From Phallusia mammillata (taxonomy: Eukaryota): DNA of 64,000 bases. The first letter of the stretch is position 1, and each line of letters begins with the position of its first letter. The stretch covers positions 3,968,001 through 4,032,000 of the forward strand of contig OZ281494.1 in NCBI GenBank assembly GCA_965637545.1. The letters are read 5' to 3'. Of this stretch, positions 24,001 to 38,213 are shown piece by piece. Both the position numbers and the translations under genes were made by a program. The notes below the pieces were generated by a model that saw only the letters and a list, made by a program, of their open reading frames with translations, did not search any database and was not told where the DNA came from.

Positions 24001-25397
24001 TTTGCCCCCAACATCACCAGAAACCATCTGCAAGCTGATCAAGGCGGGAAATATATCCCTTAAAAACCAGAAGATAAAAAAACTGGAACCAATCTGTCTC
24101 TTCTATGACAGAGTGGAAAGAAAATACTCGGATCGTGGTTGCGTCACAATAACTGGTGGCGTAACAGACAACGTCACTTGCAAGTGCAACCATCTCACCT
24201 TGTTCACTGTTTTACTGGCTGTCCAATCCACCACCATACCAAAAGGCATCAAGGTAAAGACTTAACGTAAACTTTAACAATTGGCTCACAAAATGAACAA
24301 CACTGTATTTCAGATCACATCTTACGCCACAGAATCAACTTCAGTCGTGTTTCTGATTGCCACAATAATAATCCTTCACAAGTCGAAACACAGCGGAGAT
24401 CGGGTTCCGGTTCAAATCAGCTTGTCACTGGCTCTTCTGCTCTTCCACGCTGTCAACATATCACATGATCTTGTCGTGATGCACCAGATTCCATGCGTGA
24501 TTCACACAGCAGCCAATCAATATCTTCTGCTGTCTTCAGGTAAATAAAGTAATAGGATAATTGAAATTTTAGGCATAGATTTATATTTCGCAATCTGACG
24601 CAATTTTTTGTTTTAGGTGTATGGTTCCTCATTGAAGGAATTCGTCTCTTTATGGCAACTTCGTTTCCAGTCGAATTCCAAACTCAGGATTCGTCAAAGC
24701 GTGTAAAGTTCTTTATGTCGATTGGTTGGACTATTCCAGCCTTGGTTGTGGGAACATCCATGGCAGTGGGGTTTCCCCTCGACATCTACATGAAGCCCCA
24801 ACCATTATACGAGCAATGTAACGAATTCACACAGGTTTCAAAGTACGACAGATGCTGGTTGGTTCCTGGTACTCCGATATTCTACTCCACGGTCGTCGCT
24901 CCTCTTGCTCTCGTCCTCTTAACCAACTTCATGATCATCCTGAAAACAACACATGTGATGTTGCACTCGAAGAAGATGCGGAACAGAGGAGAAGATCCAG
25001 AGACAGGAGATGCGTTGAGAGCAGCAAAGTCTTTCATCTTGCTCTTCTTTATGCTCGGTGGAACTTGGGTTTTGGCTTTCTTCACAGGTAATATTTGTGC
25101 GTCTTTTTAACGTTTTAGTTTTCGTAAGTTGTATTAATGCAAGGGATTTCAAAGATATGGTTTTACAAACTTATTACATTTGCAGGAATCGGGAACGAGA
25201 TTTCGAACGAGGTGTTCATGTACATCCACAGCTTGGTGAACGGATCGCAGGGAATCGTCGTCTTCCTGTTGTATTGCTTCATGGATGACGACATCAGACA
25301 GGAAATGCTGACGTGCAAACGTGAAGCTGATGTTGGATCGAAGCAGCAGAGAAACGTGGCAAATGCAGAAGGAGGTGAAAGTTCAAACCCGAAATAA
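21001..25397 (+). CDS. Locus C: adhesion GPCR SP-VWA-GAIN-7TM, 771 aa
   Basis: Exons 21001-21064, 21660-21831 (EIDIVFVVDSTS), 22328-22481, 22541-22653 (KFLILTT), 22989-23188 (ITVYAIGIG), 23550-24253 (GPS CKCNHL|TLFTVLL), 24314-24539, 24617-25087 (WFLIEGIR, DRCWL, LGGTW), 25186-25397 (NGSQG). The exons total 2316 nt in frame. Confidence 0.9.
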
Positions 25398-28300
25398 GGT
25401 GAAAGTTCAAACAATTAGTTTGCGGTTGTGCAAAGTCAGCTGAAAACTTCATTGTTGTGACGTTGCTCTAATTTATGACGTGATGGAAATACCCAGTCGG
25501 ATTTTTTCATTGTTTTTGCGTCGTGTTTTTTTGGTGTACGCCTCTTTCAGGATGAACGGAAAAACTGATATTGCCGATTAGCCATCGGTCGCTTTTACGC
25601 CTTTAAACTCAGTTTTTATCATCTTTTCATTGTTTCCTTCGTGTTACCATGTGGTGCAGTGGTGTCGCCTTTCTTTTAACATAATTTAATACATTTTTTA
25701 TAAAGGTAATGTAAAATAGATAAAAATACATTTACCAGAATAGCTCTATAAACTTGATATTAGGGATGACAGCAATAGCTTATATATATTTGGAGTTCAA
25801 GTTATTGCCACGAACTTTGTACCATTTGAGATTTACTTAGTTCGAAAGACACTAATTTAGATTTTGACGGCAAACATTTCATGCCACAAGTATTTTTCCA
25901 CTGTAGACATTTGCAAGCTTTTATTTTTGCATTGTAATGCTTCCCATGTATCTGTCGTTTTATCCAATTTCAGCGCTTTTATCTTGCACTTTTGAACGCG
26001 TTTTCGTCCTATTTTACAAACCAATTACACCACTCGTTGCAAATGACTACATGTGTGCTTCCCGTCATTTAGTCTTCTCTGGGTACCATTTAACGTTAAG
26101 ATCCCAAGCCTTATCAGAAAATTACAGGTACCATTCAACCATAGCTCCTCCTCCGATGCAGTGTTTTTGCGTTGTGTTGTCATCACATAACATGTCTTTT
26201 TGACCCGTTGTACTGAGAACGACTGCACTGATACCATGTTATTAGCGCGTGATAATAAATGTTGTGGAAATGTGTGTTAACCTACTGCCTATTTTTTTGA
26301 AATGTGTATTTCTTTAGACAACTAATCGTTTTTGAACTAATCCAATCAAAACGGCGCATCTAAACATTTTCGAAAAATCCCTAATTAATAACTTAAAACA
26401 TTTCTATTCTAATTGTCCAAAGATAAACTAGAAAACCATAACTTAAGATGCGGCTTACATTGACGTACCCGTTCTATGGATGAAATTCTGTTTCAGAAAC
26501 CATATTTGACAATAAAAATTCTTTGCGCAGAGGTAAATCGTTCCTTACTAAAGAGCAAAGCCTTCTAGTTGGAAACCACTTGACTTAAATAACAACCACA
26601 TAAGCTAACACGTTTACAAAGATTGTCGTTGGTATCAATTCAGTTTTAAACCGTTTTATTCAGTTTCTGCTAGACCAATAAACTTAAATCAACTCCATTG
26701 TTAACAACAGGTTTAGTCCACTTCCTTCCGTTTAAGATATTGCGAACTAGAATTTATATTTGAGATTAAACTAATGCTGCTTTTGTAATATTATTTAAAA
26801 ACCTAATCAACTTCCTTGATGTGTAATTTAGTTTGTGTTCTGCCATAACCGTTTTACGGATGTTAGTTATTGTCCATGCTACAGGCCTGGTTTAGAAGAC
26901 ATTTGAATGTATAACAGGGGTGGGCAACTTGCAGTCCGCGAGCCACATCCGGCCTGTAAGATATCTTGCCTCTAGCGGACCAAACTGTTTTGTACGGATG
27001 CCAGGAAGATCATCCTGGCTTCGCTATTGTCGCAACAATGACTTTTACTTCGTTTCCATTGCCGCTTTATGTTCGTCTTTTATGGCCATGTGACCATACT
27101 TGAAAGTGAGAAATCATGACGCAGCAAAATTACTCGGCCATAAGCGGTTTTCGTATGTCCTTCCCGCAGGGGTGCATTTATATTGAGCATTTATACACAG
27201 CATTTATAGCATTTATATTGAGCATTTGTATTGAACAATCGTAGGACAAGCAAATACCCCGGGTTATAAACCAACAAGCTCTACATCTCAGAAAATGCAA
27301 GGGAATGCGTAAGAAGGCAAGACCTTCCAGGCGTACGCGGAGTGGTCGTTATTTTGTAGGAAACAAATGTGGAGAAGCTCAAAAAGAGATTAGAATCTAC
27401 TCCCATTATGAGTGGATTGAATTAAATCAATAAATACAAAAATATTGCTTTCTAGGTGAAGTTGAATTAAAAAGTAAAGAAATCAAAACACCAACTTTGT
27501 AAATAGAATCGGTGCGTAATCAATCGTAAGCGAGAAAATAATTTCCACAAGGAAACCTAAAATATCCGGAGTCGCATGGATTGCTGGGTCAAAGGCCTAA
27601 ACGCTCTTCTGCGTTTACCATGACAAAAACACATCGATGAAATGTACTTTATATAGAAGGTGTGTACTTGTGTGGTTCGGTGCAGCAATATATCGCTTGG
27701 TGCAACTTTTTGTCGCTGGGTACAAATTAAAATCGGTTAGTTTAACTATATATCTGTTGTGGTCTTTTATGTCGTTTGGCGCACGTGTATAGCATTTTAC
27801 GCCACAATTAAGACTTCCTAAAACTGCACCAAGCTGCCAATACGTTTACTTGATCGAGTTCTGGACGGACCAAGAACAAATATTAGCGTGATATTACGTC
27901 ATAATTTAAAACGAGCGGAAATTCGGTTTCAAGATAACAAATAATTCCGTCCCCGAGCGTCATCTAGCGTCAGTAAAATTTAAAAGCAACAGCAAGTCAA
28001 TGATCGATTGTTGCCCTTCATAATGTGGGTTGGGATTAGAGTTATAAGCAAGATAAGGCCGTGTGCCGAGAAAAGAAAATTTGTTTTCCTAATACCCGCA
28101 TGAAAAATTTGAGAACCATTGATAAACAACATAACTTGTGAATTTATTACGTCATTGCGTGCTTTGCTTCGAAATTACGTCATTTTTGCTACCAACGTAA
28201 GCTTATGACGTCACAAACACAAATTGTAAGTACGACATCACAAATCCACATTGTAGCTATCACTGTTTGACGTTTGATGCGATGAATTTAAATTGTACTT

Positions 28301-31300
28301 ATGATGTAGCATCGTGAATTGTATGTTGTATTAAATCCGCAGAATATGTTTGAAGTAACGAGTCAGCACAAGTTCAGCAATCTTTGGAATTCGAAAGCCT
28401 CTAAGATTTAACCATGTTTATTATTAAAAATATATAAGGTATATAACTTTAGATAAAAATTTAAAAATATTAAGACAGCGTCTATTTTCAAAAAACAAAA
28501 TGTCAAAAAACTAGTCCGCGTTTTTATATAGGTACAAGGTTGACAGGTACAGTCAGGGTAACTACCGTAATAAACTTTTTTGTTTTTTTTTAATTTATCT
28601 GCAGCTAGATGACGCTAATGCAAAAACTTGACATCATTCATCGCTCTTGGTAAAGTCGAATTCACAGGCGTTAGATTTATATTGAAAAGTGCTGTAGTTT
28701 AAATGTGTTTTTTTAAAACGTATAGTGAGTACATGTGTAACGTTGTATGTAAACTATATTGATTGCTTGGTGACGATTTGCAAGTTTTATTTACTCTTAC
28801 TATGTCGTAAAAATTGCACTAACAAGCAATATTTTCGCTGAACCACACAAACTGATCAATAAACATTAATCAAATACATGTCATTGTTTCTTTCATGTTT
28901 AACACTGCAAAACAGCCTTAAAGCTAGGAATCGACCAATGCAAATTTGTTTTAGCACAGGAAGTTGAAGTTATTGCCAGACACGCTTTAAGCATTTGAGA
29001 TTTGCTTGGCACGAAAGACAATAATTTGGATTTTGTCAAAAAACATTCCACCAGTATTTTTCCACTGTAATAATTCCAATGTATCTGTGATTTCATCCCA
29101 TTCTAGTGCCTTGCACTTATGAAAGAAACTTCGTCTTATTTTCACACTGACAAATCCATGCGTCTCAACCCCAACATAAGCACTTCCTTTCATTATGTTT
29201 CTGTAGATACCATTTAACGTTAAGACACCAAACCTTTTCAGGAAAAACACAGAGGCCATTAAACCATAGCTCATCCACCGATGTTGTGTTGTTGCGTTAT
29301 ATTGTCATCACATACATTTCTTTTTGGCTCTATATAGAACGTGTGAATGTCTGTCTCCTGACAAAATTTGAAAACGTATTTTTCTATGAACGAACCAATC
29401 AAAACGACAATCCCAACCTTTTTTACTAGTTTTTCATTAAGGACTTTTATTTTTTCATTTAACCCTCATAAATCTAAGTCAACAAACAATGCCAAACTAC
29501 ACAAACACCATTTAAGATGCGGATTTACATTATCTTTATCGCTCTAAGGAAGTCCCTGAAAAAAAGTCCCAATTTTTTGGTGTACCTCAAATTTAAGACA
29601 TTTTGTCCGAAATCTTATAAAACCTACTCTTCTTTATTATATTAGTGCCCTGTAAACAGATTGTTACTATGTTTATGTTTTGCCACAATTGAATGTTAAA
29701 GTCCACATTTTTCCACGGGTTTCGAACCCAGGACGCTCCTGGGTCGAATCTCTTTCAGTTTTTCTATGTCTGCATTTGTGTCTAAAGCTTTAAACTATTG
29801 GGCCAAGTTTCTGTCCCAACCGACCACATTTTTTTCACAGGGTTCGAACCCAGGACACTCCCAGGGACGAATCCCGATCAAAATTTTTTTTATGTCTATA
29901 TGTGGGTCAGGCGGGTCAGGCCATTCGGCCAAGTTCCTGCCCCTCAACCGCCAACATTATTCCAAACTAATCTGAATGACAAGCAGCGGTCACAAGCTTG
30001 TTTTTGTTTTCAAATTTCTCTGCCGCTACATGACGCTAATGCACAAAATCACATCATATTGTCTTGAACGAGGCTGAATCATCCAAGATACTCCATCCCT
30101 ATTATGACGTAACAACACGCTGATATTTGCACATAGTCTATCCAGGACTCGATCAAGTTATGTAAAATGTGTCTGATTTGTTCAAGTGATGTTTTTGATC
30201 AACTGAGTCTTGGAATGTTTGTATTTCGATTCACCAAACACTGTTTCATGGGACTTTGGATAAATGCATTACTCGGTATCACTGAAGACTCAGAAATTGA
30301 TTAACCAATATATTCGATCCAAACCGAATTAAACAGTTTTGTCAATACAATATCGTTTTTAGCCTATAGACTACGTTGGAGAAACCAACCATAAATAACC
30401 AGTTGGTAATACTGACTAAACGCTCGTTTACCGGGTTTGATAACTAAAAGTTTTTCATATGCTGGTCGAAAGTTACACAAATCGTTTTCAAGCAAAACAC
30501 TTTTTATAGTTTAGAAAGTTTCGCCCACCGGCTCGATAGTTAAGTCGAACTTCTTTGTTAGTTGAAATGATTCAAATTTGTGTGTACATTTGTAATCTTT
30601 CAGGTTTCAACTGATGTATAAATGAACCTCTGTATTTTTTAAAATGTTGATGTCTAGCACATTCAGTGCGCTTGACATATATCTACGCCAAAAGACGTTT
30701 TGCGCAGAAACCGGATTGATGTTAGTTTACGTCAAAAGTCTCACCGACAATGTGTAAAACCTTGGAAGCTCCAATCGGTTTAATTGACATGATGATATTT
30801 TTCATATCGCCTTTGACCTCAGTTTACCTTTTAAAGTATACAGGGTGCATGAGTCCGTCATAACAACTTTAGGGTTCACCAACCCCAAAAAGGTTGAAGA
30901 GCACTGCTATAGGTAACGATTTACGCAACATGTACTGCAGGTAGATTCCACCGAGTGTGGAGAACTGATAAAAAGAATCAGCGTTTTTCATCCAGCATTG
31001 CTTCCGTGCTAGTATATAGCGAATGACTGGTGTCGGTGTGGCCAGTTGATAACAGAAAGACGTGATGCAAGGTGATATTAACGTGAATAGTTTAAGACCC
31101 ATATTGTGGATCTGATAGTGTACGTCTATTACGAATACGGTCATTGACTTTAAGTGATTTTGTAAACTTCAAACTAGTTTACATCTGAATGACTATTTTT
31201 TTGTATGTTTGTGTCATAAGCCCTATCAAATTGTAATTACGTCTAATTGGATCACAGTTTTAAAACACATTTTAGTTTTGTACAAAATCTGGTGGTTTTG

Positions 31301-31346
31301 TGTTGGAAAATCGTAAGTATTCTACAGAAAGAAATAGGTTGAGAAA

Positions 31347-34300
31347 ATGAGCTTCTTTGTTTCTCTACTTGTGGTTCTGGCAGTCGTCTGCTTCAAACCA
31401 AGTTTGCAAGGTAAGCTTAAAAGTAATTTCACTTCTTTGTAAGATAGCATACACAACCACTTTATATTTTAATTACTACGTACATAATGCTTTGTTTCTG
31501 TTCTACAGTTTGAAGCCGAGCAGGGCTTTTTGGCCATAGAGATTGAACAAAACGGGTTTGTTTTTGGGGGCCTGACTGATCCCACTCGGTATCATTTCTG
31601 TCCTAAATTTTTCACCTTCGGCCCAGTTCACAACTCTGTGTGGGTTTACTTTTCAATGTATGTTATGCCAACTTGGTGATTTTAAATGTGTCACAATTGA
31701 ATGAAAAGAAGAGAAATTAGGATTCGCACTGGAGAGATATTAGGGTTTACAGTATATTTTTTACAATTACAATTTGGGATTTTCAACCGTTTTAAATCAT
31801 TTGCTGTTGTTTTCGAAGTTAAAATTGTATCAGTCCAAAAAAGCTGCTGCAACATCAAACTCTGGATAAGTTTCTTCTTATAGTGGGCTTGTAAATATTA
31901 TGTTGCTAGCGGAATACGTAAATTATAGTAAAAAATACAAACTTAAATTAAGTAAATCATTTTTTTATCATACTTTTTGAAAATATCATACTTTTTATTT
32001 TCCAGCCCAAGAAATCGACATTGTGTTTGTGGTGGACAGTACTAGCCCAATAACAAATTCTCAGTTTGCAATATACAAGAATGCTTTTGTAGCAATGGCT
32101 GATGCCCTAAAAGCGGGTTTCGACAGACACTTACTGCAAGTTGCCATTCTTCAGTATACAAACAAAAATTACAATAGGTAAATGTATTTTGTGAACAAAA
32201 ACGTTGTTCTATCAGCGAAAAGTTCTATGTTGTAGATTATTTGTTGAATTTCTGCATTTATTACCCGAAAATTGATGTTTTGGGGAAGATTTTAGTTGCA
32301 AGAAAACAGGCCAGTTAAAAAGAATTATGCCATAAACGCTGTTGTAGATGAAGTAACTATTCGTTGTTCGTTTCATTTGCTCATCAACTTTTAGTCCCGT
32401 TCGCAGTCGGTAATTTTTAAAATTCGTTGGCAAGAAGTTTCTATACAAATTCAATTAAACTCAGCAACTACTATTGGTGCTTTTGACTTCTAAAGTTTCT
32501 TATGATTAGTTCATTACATCCTCATACTGACTTATCCATTTCTCAAATGTAGCGTATATATGTTGAACCAATAAAATCATGCTGAGACAGATATGTTATA
32601 TCTTGCGAGGATAAATACAACGAATTGGTGTAACGCCAGTCGTATAAACACGCTTTAAATTTGTTTTTGACAGCCCTGACTACACCAACAACTGGTTTTA
32701 TCACAACCCCACCACTCTCGGTGATTGCACCACAGTTCAATGTATCAAAGATGCTGTAAACAATAATATGTATCAATTTCTATATTCCAGTGCTTTTACC
32801 GCAACTGCAATCAAGAGAGCTGTCAAAGTAAGGCGTTGTTTTAACAGGAATAAAAGCAAAAGCACTTAACTTGAAGCTCCTTATAGATTGACTTCAACAA
32901 CTCAGCCAACGCTGCAACTTCCAAAAAATTTCTTATTCTTACAACACACCGTTTGGCAACATATGGTTGGGCAGCAGACAATTCTCTTTTGCCTACCAGG
33001 TTAGCGTTTAGTGTAACGACCAATCTTATTTTTAGTTTTTAAATGTCTTTTTTTCGCTTTATTTGTATCCTTGCCGTTTCTATGGCACCCACACAGATGC
33101 GTTTCAACTTTGTTCTCGAAATTGCCCACATTATTGAAATTGCCCACATAAGTGTAAGCTCAGTGTCATTGTAACAGCCATTTATCTTTTTGACAAGATG
33201 ATGTTACAAACAGATTTTGGACTTCTTCATTTTTGACAGACTTTTTGACAAATATGTTAGTTTTTGTTTTGCAACTTCTTGCCAACAACAGTTAAAACCA
33301 GTTAAAGCTACGTCGCATCTATTGTTTGTTACAGTTACGCGTTGACGAGCAGCAACAACATTACAGTATACGCCATTGGAATTGGACCATACGTTGATCA
33401 AAGTCAGCTTCAAATCATTGCCAACAACGGAACCAGCAACGACACAGTTACACTGTTGAACAATGTTACCACCCTTGGTGACACCCTGGTTAACATCGTA
33501 TCAAAAATTATACCAAATGTATCTATACCAGAAGGTAACTTCTTGTTGTTATTAGTCGGTGTACGAAGTGTTTCTCAAATAAGTTGAATCTGGCGCCCGT
33601 TTGTCTTTACGTAATTGCTTATATATAAGCTAGCACATTGAATTGTTTAGTTCTTAACTTCAAGACCCCAGTAACCAGATTTGGAAACAATTAAGGTAGT
33701 GGGGAACCCGATTAAATTTATGTTTAAACAAAACGGACTTGTTTCAGACCGGCCGTCCACATTTGGATCCAAACTTCACCGTGATAAATTTAACATTTAA
33801 ACCCACTTTGGTCACTAACCACAAGTTAATAAACTCGACCAAAAATGGCCAGAGATTTTTAATGGTTTGGAAAGTTGTTGTTGTTGTAGACTGATCCAAT
33901 TCACTGACCGATTCAAAAATAATCCAAAAGCTTGTGACGTTTTGCGCTGTTTACAATCATGCGTCACGTTTTGCTTTTGCAATTTTTTTGGAGGGTTAAA
34001 AATGTCAAGGGAGCGCTAAAATTCTTAAAATATCTGCTTCACCAACTTGTCATGGAATTGTTTTGTTACAGATCCTTTATTGCTGGATCAGTTAAAAAAT
34101 TTAAATCCTGCAAGGGTGACGGAAATAGAAAACATCGAAAATCGAGTGGAGAATTTTTCCCGAAATCATTTTCAAACAAACGGAACCACATATAGCAGCG
34201 GAGATGCTCAACTGCGCATCGTAGTTACCAACATCAACCAGGAGACATACAACTCAAATCTTCAGCTGGGATCATCTCACATCAACTTTACATTGCAAAC

Positions 34301-36087
34301 CAAGGGAGTTAAACGAATCGTGATTGCGGTGATTGTCTTCAAGATAAACACAACACAAACTACACAGACTCAACCGGTCGAATCCGGTTCATTGGCCACA
34401 ACGCAGTACATATCTACAATCAATACAACCTACATTGCTATTGTGGGTTGGGATGCCGATAGCTTCAAGCGATTAACTACCGATGAAATAAACGATCAAT
34501 TGCCGGGAAACGCAAGTTTCCATTTGCCCCCAACATCACCAGAAACCATCTGCAAGCTGATCAAGGCGGGAAATATATCCCTTAAAAACCAGAAGATAAA
34601 AAAACTGGAACCAATCTGTCTCTTCTATGACAGAGTGGAAAGAAAATACTCGGATCGTGGTTGCGTCACAATAACTGGTGGCGTAACAGACAACGTCACT
34701 TGCAAGTGCAACCATCTCACCTTGTTCACTGTTTTACTGGCTGTCCAATCCACCACCATACCAAAAGGCATCAAGGTAAAGACTTAACGTAAACTTTAAC
34801 AATTGGCTCACAAAATGAACAACACTGTATTTCAGATCACATCTTACGCCACAGAATCAACTTCAGTCGTGTTTCTGATTGCCACAATAATAATCCTTCA
34901 CAAGTCGAAACACAGCGGAGATCGGGTTCCGGTTCAAATCAGCTTGTCATTGGCTCTTCTGCTTTTCCACGCTGTCAACATATCACATGATCTTGCCATC
35001 ATCCACAAAATTTCATGCGTGATTCACACAGCAGCCAATCAATATCTTCTGCTGTCTTCAGGTAAATAAAGTAATAGGATAATTGAAATTTTAGGCATAG
35101 ATTTATATTTCGCAATCTGACGCAATTTTTTGTTTCAGGAGTATGGTTCCTCATTGAAGGAATTCGTCTTTTTATGGCAACTTCGTTTCCAGTCGAATTC
35201 CAAACTCAGGATTCGTCAAAGCGTGTAAAGTTCTTTATGTCGATTGGTTGGATTGTTCCAGCCTTGGTAGTGGGAACATCCATGGCAGTGGGGTTTTCCC
35301 TCGACATCTACATGAAGCCCCAACCATTATACGAGCAATGTAACGAATTTATTCAGGTTTCCAAGTACGACAGATGCTGGTTGGCTCCCGGTACTCCGAT
35401 CTTCTACTCCACGGTCGTCGCTCCTCTTGCTGTCGTCCTCTTAACCAACTTCATGATCATCCTGAAGACAACACATGTGATGTTGCACTCGAAGAAGATG
35501 CGGAACAGAGGAGAAGATCCAGGGACAGGAGATGCGTTGAGAGCAGTAAAGTCTTTCATCTTACTCTTCTTCATGCTTGGCGGAACTTGGGTTTTGGCTT
35601 TCTTCACAGGTAATATTTGTGCGTCTTTTTAACGTTTTAGTTTTCGTAAGTTGTTTTACTGCAAGGGATTTCAAAGATGTGGTTTTACAAACTTATTTCA
35701 TTTTCAGGAATCGGGAACGAGATTTCGAACGAGGTGTTCATGTACATCCACAGCTTGGTGAACGGATCGCAGGGAATCGTCGTCTTCCTGCTGTACTGCG
35801 TCATGGATGACGACATCAGACAGGAAATGCTGACGTGCAAGCGTGAAGCTGATGTTGGGCCGAAGCAGCAGAGAAACGTGGCAAAACCAAACGGAGGTGA
35901 AAGTTCAAATGCGGAAGGAGATGAAAGTTTAAATGCTAAAGGGGGTGAAAGTTCAAATGCGGAAAGCGGTGAAAGTTCAAATGCGGAAGAAGGTGAAAGT
36001 TCAAATGCTGAAGGAGGGGAAAGTTCAAATGCAGAAGAAGGTGAAAGTTCAAATGTGGAAGGAGTTGAAAGCTCAAACCCGAAATAA
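31347..36087 (+). CDS. Locus D: adhesion GPCR SP-VWA-GAIN-7TM with extended repeat tail, 827 aa
   Basis: Exons 31347-31410, 32006-32177, 32674-32827, 32887-32999, 33335-33534, 34072-34775, 34836-35061, 35139-35609, 35708-36087. The 5' part is nearly identical to locus C. Confidence 0.9.
35896..36084 (+). repeat. 24-bp coding VNTR, (G/D/V)ES(S/L)N(A/V/P)(E/K)x, 8 units
   Basis: Tandem GGTGAAAGTTCAAATGCGGAAGGA-like units in the last exon of D; about 5 units in F (about 54334-54447). Confidence 0.9.
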
Positions 36088-38090
36088 GGTGAAGATCAAA
36101 CAATTAGTTAGCGGTTGTGCGAAGTCAGCTGTTGTTCTTATGGAGGACGTAGCTGTAAATAACAAGTCGGATTTTTTGATTGTTTTTGCGTCGTGTTTTA
36201 TTGGTGTACGCCTCTGTCAGGAGGAACGTAAAAACTGACACTACCGATTAGCTATCGGTCTTTTACACCAGTTTCCTTCGTTTTTTTTATCCTGTGTGGT
36301 GTTAAAAGAACGGATAGTAAAAACGTCCCGTATGAGACAGCTAAACGTTAGTCCCTTTAGCCTTCATGTTCACATACCTACTGTCTATAGTACGAATGTG
36401 GGGCACCAATAACATTTTGTGACTTACATCACTAATCACAGATCGTACATTTGTTTTTCATCTCTTGCTTTGTGGCTTTTTTGTTTATGTATGTAATTGT
36501 TTCATAACATTGTATCGTTTGGTAGTGATATTTTTTACCATTGTTAGGTTACATTTAGATCTTGAATGACCAATAAACTTTGCTTTATTAGCTCTGGGCA
36601 ACGCAAAGTGATGAAACACGTTTTAACAGTGTTTAATTAAATCTTAAAGTTGTATGTGTGGTGGCGCCTTTTGAACATATTTAAGATCATTCTAAATGGA
36701 GTGGAGGTTATTACCACAAACGTTTGAGTTTTGCTGGTAAAGGCACTAATTTAGATTTTGTCAGCAACCATTTTATGCCACCAGTATTTTTCCACTGTAG
36801 ACATTTACAAGCTTTTATTTTTGCATTGTAATGCTTCCCATGTATCTGCCATTTTATCCAATTTTGGCGCTTTTATCTTGCACATTTAAACGCGTTTTCG
36901 TCTTAATTTACACACCAATAATACCACTCGTTCCAAATGACATATGCGCTTCCCGTTATTTCGGCTTCTCTGGGTACCATTTAACGTTAAGATCCCAAGC
37001 CTTATCAGGAAAACACAGGAACCATTCAACCATAGCTTCTCCATCGATTTTGCGTTGTTGCGTTTTGTTGTCATCACATCACATGCCTTTTTGACCCGTT
37101 GTACTGAGAACGATTGCACTGATACCATGTTATTAGCTCGTGATAATAAATGATGTGTGAATGTGTGTTAACCTACTGCCTAATTTTTAAAATGTGTTTT
37201 TCTATAGGCAACCAATTGGTTTTGAACAAGTCCGGCGCTTTCCAACATAAAACATTCTCATTTCCACCCTAATTAAGCCTATCCATACTAGACAATCATA
37301 ATTTAAGATGCGGCTTTACATGCTCAGAGTTGAATCGTTCTTACCAAAAACAAGTCCTTCAACTGGAAACCACTTGACCAAAATAAAAACCACATAAGCT
37401 AGCACGTTTACAAAGATTGTCGTTGGTATTAATTCAGTTTTAAACCGTTTTATTTTAAAGTCAGTCTCTACTATACCAATAAGCATTAATCCATAAACGT
37501 TTTATAAACGATTTTATTTTTGTCCATGCTGCAGGCCTAGTTTGGAAGGCAATTGAACATAATACTGAATACATCTAAAACAGGGGTATAATACATCTAT
37601 AATCTGGAACAGTTCTCGTAACATACTTTGGAACTAATCACAGGTACATTTTACGTGCTTTAGCATTTAGTTTCTGTCACATCTTTTTGCAAATAGTCAC
37701 TTGACAGAATTTCTTCGTTCGGTTTCGGAGGTTTGTTGTAGGTCTTTAATAAGACGTTAAAGTATTTCGAATAGAGGATATGCCAAACCAGCAATTTGTA
37801 CGACAATTTAGTTATTGTAGATTCACCAGAAACACCCACCAAAATCCATTTCCTTTTTAACTTAGTCCCTAATTTAATCGACTATTTCACATACAATTTG
37901 TCTATATTGAGAGTTTTACGATGACGGATTCTTGTTTATCCTATTCGACCTGTTTAAAGTCAAAATTAATACCGAATTCCAACATGAGATTGCCATTTAC
38001 ATTTTTGAAGGGGGCCACAGGTCCTACAGGGCTACTTGAAGGGAGCCAAAAGGTCCAAAAGTTACTTTTAGGGGGCCACGGTCCACGAAA

Positions 38091-38213
38091 AGTTGAGAAC
38101 CACTGGCTTATGCGACCAATGACAACAAACGTGTTTGTATTTAGCAGGAAACATCCGTTGATATTTTGGGTTTTTGAATGCGGCCCTTGTACTGAAAAGT
38201 TTGCCCACCTCTG
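38091..38213. mobile_element. Two adjacent right ends of hAT-type MITEs
   Basis: AGTTGAGAACCACTG (38091-38105) and AAGTTTGCCCACCTCTG (ending 38213) resemble the TIRs of the two MITE families in the window; intact left ends were not found. Confidence 0.5.
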
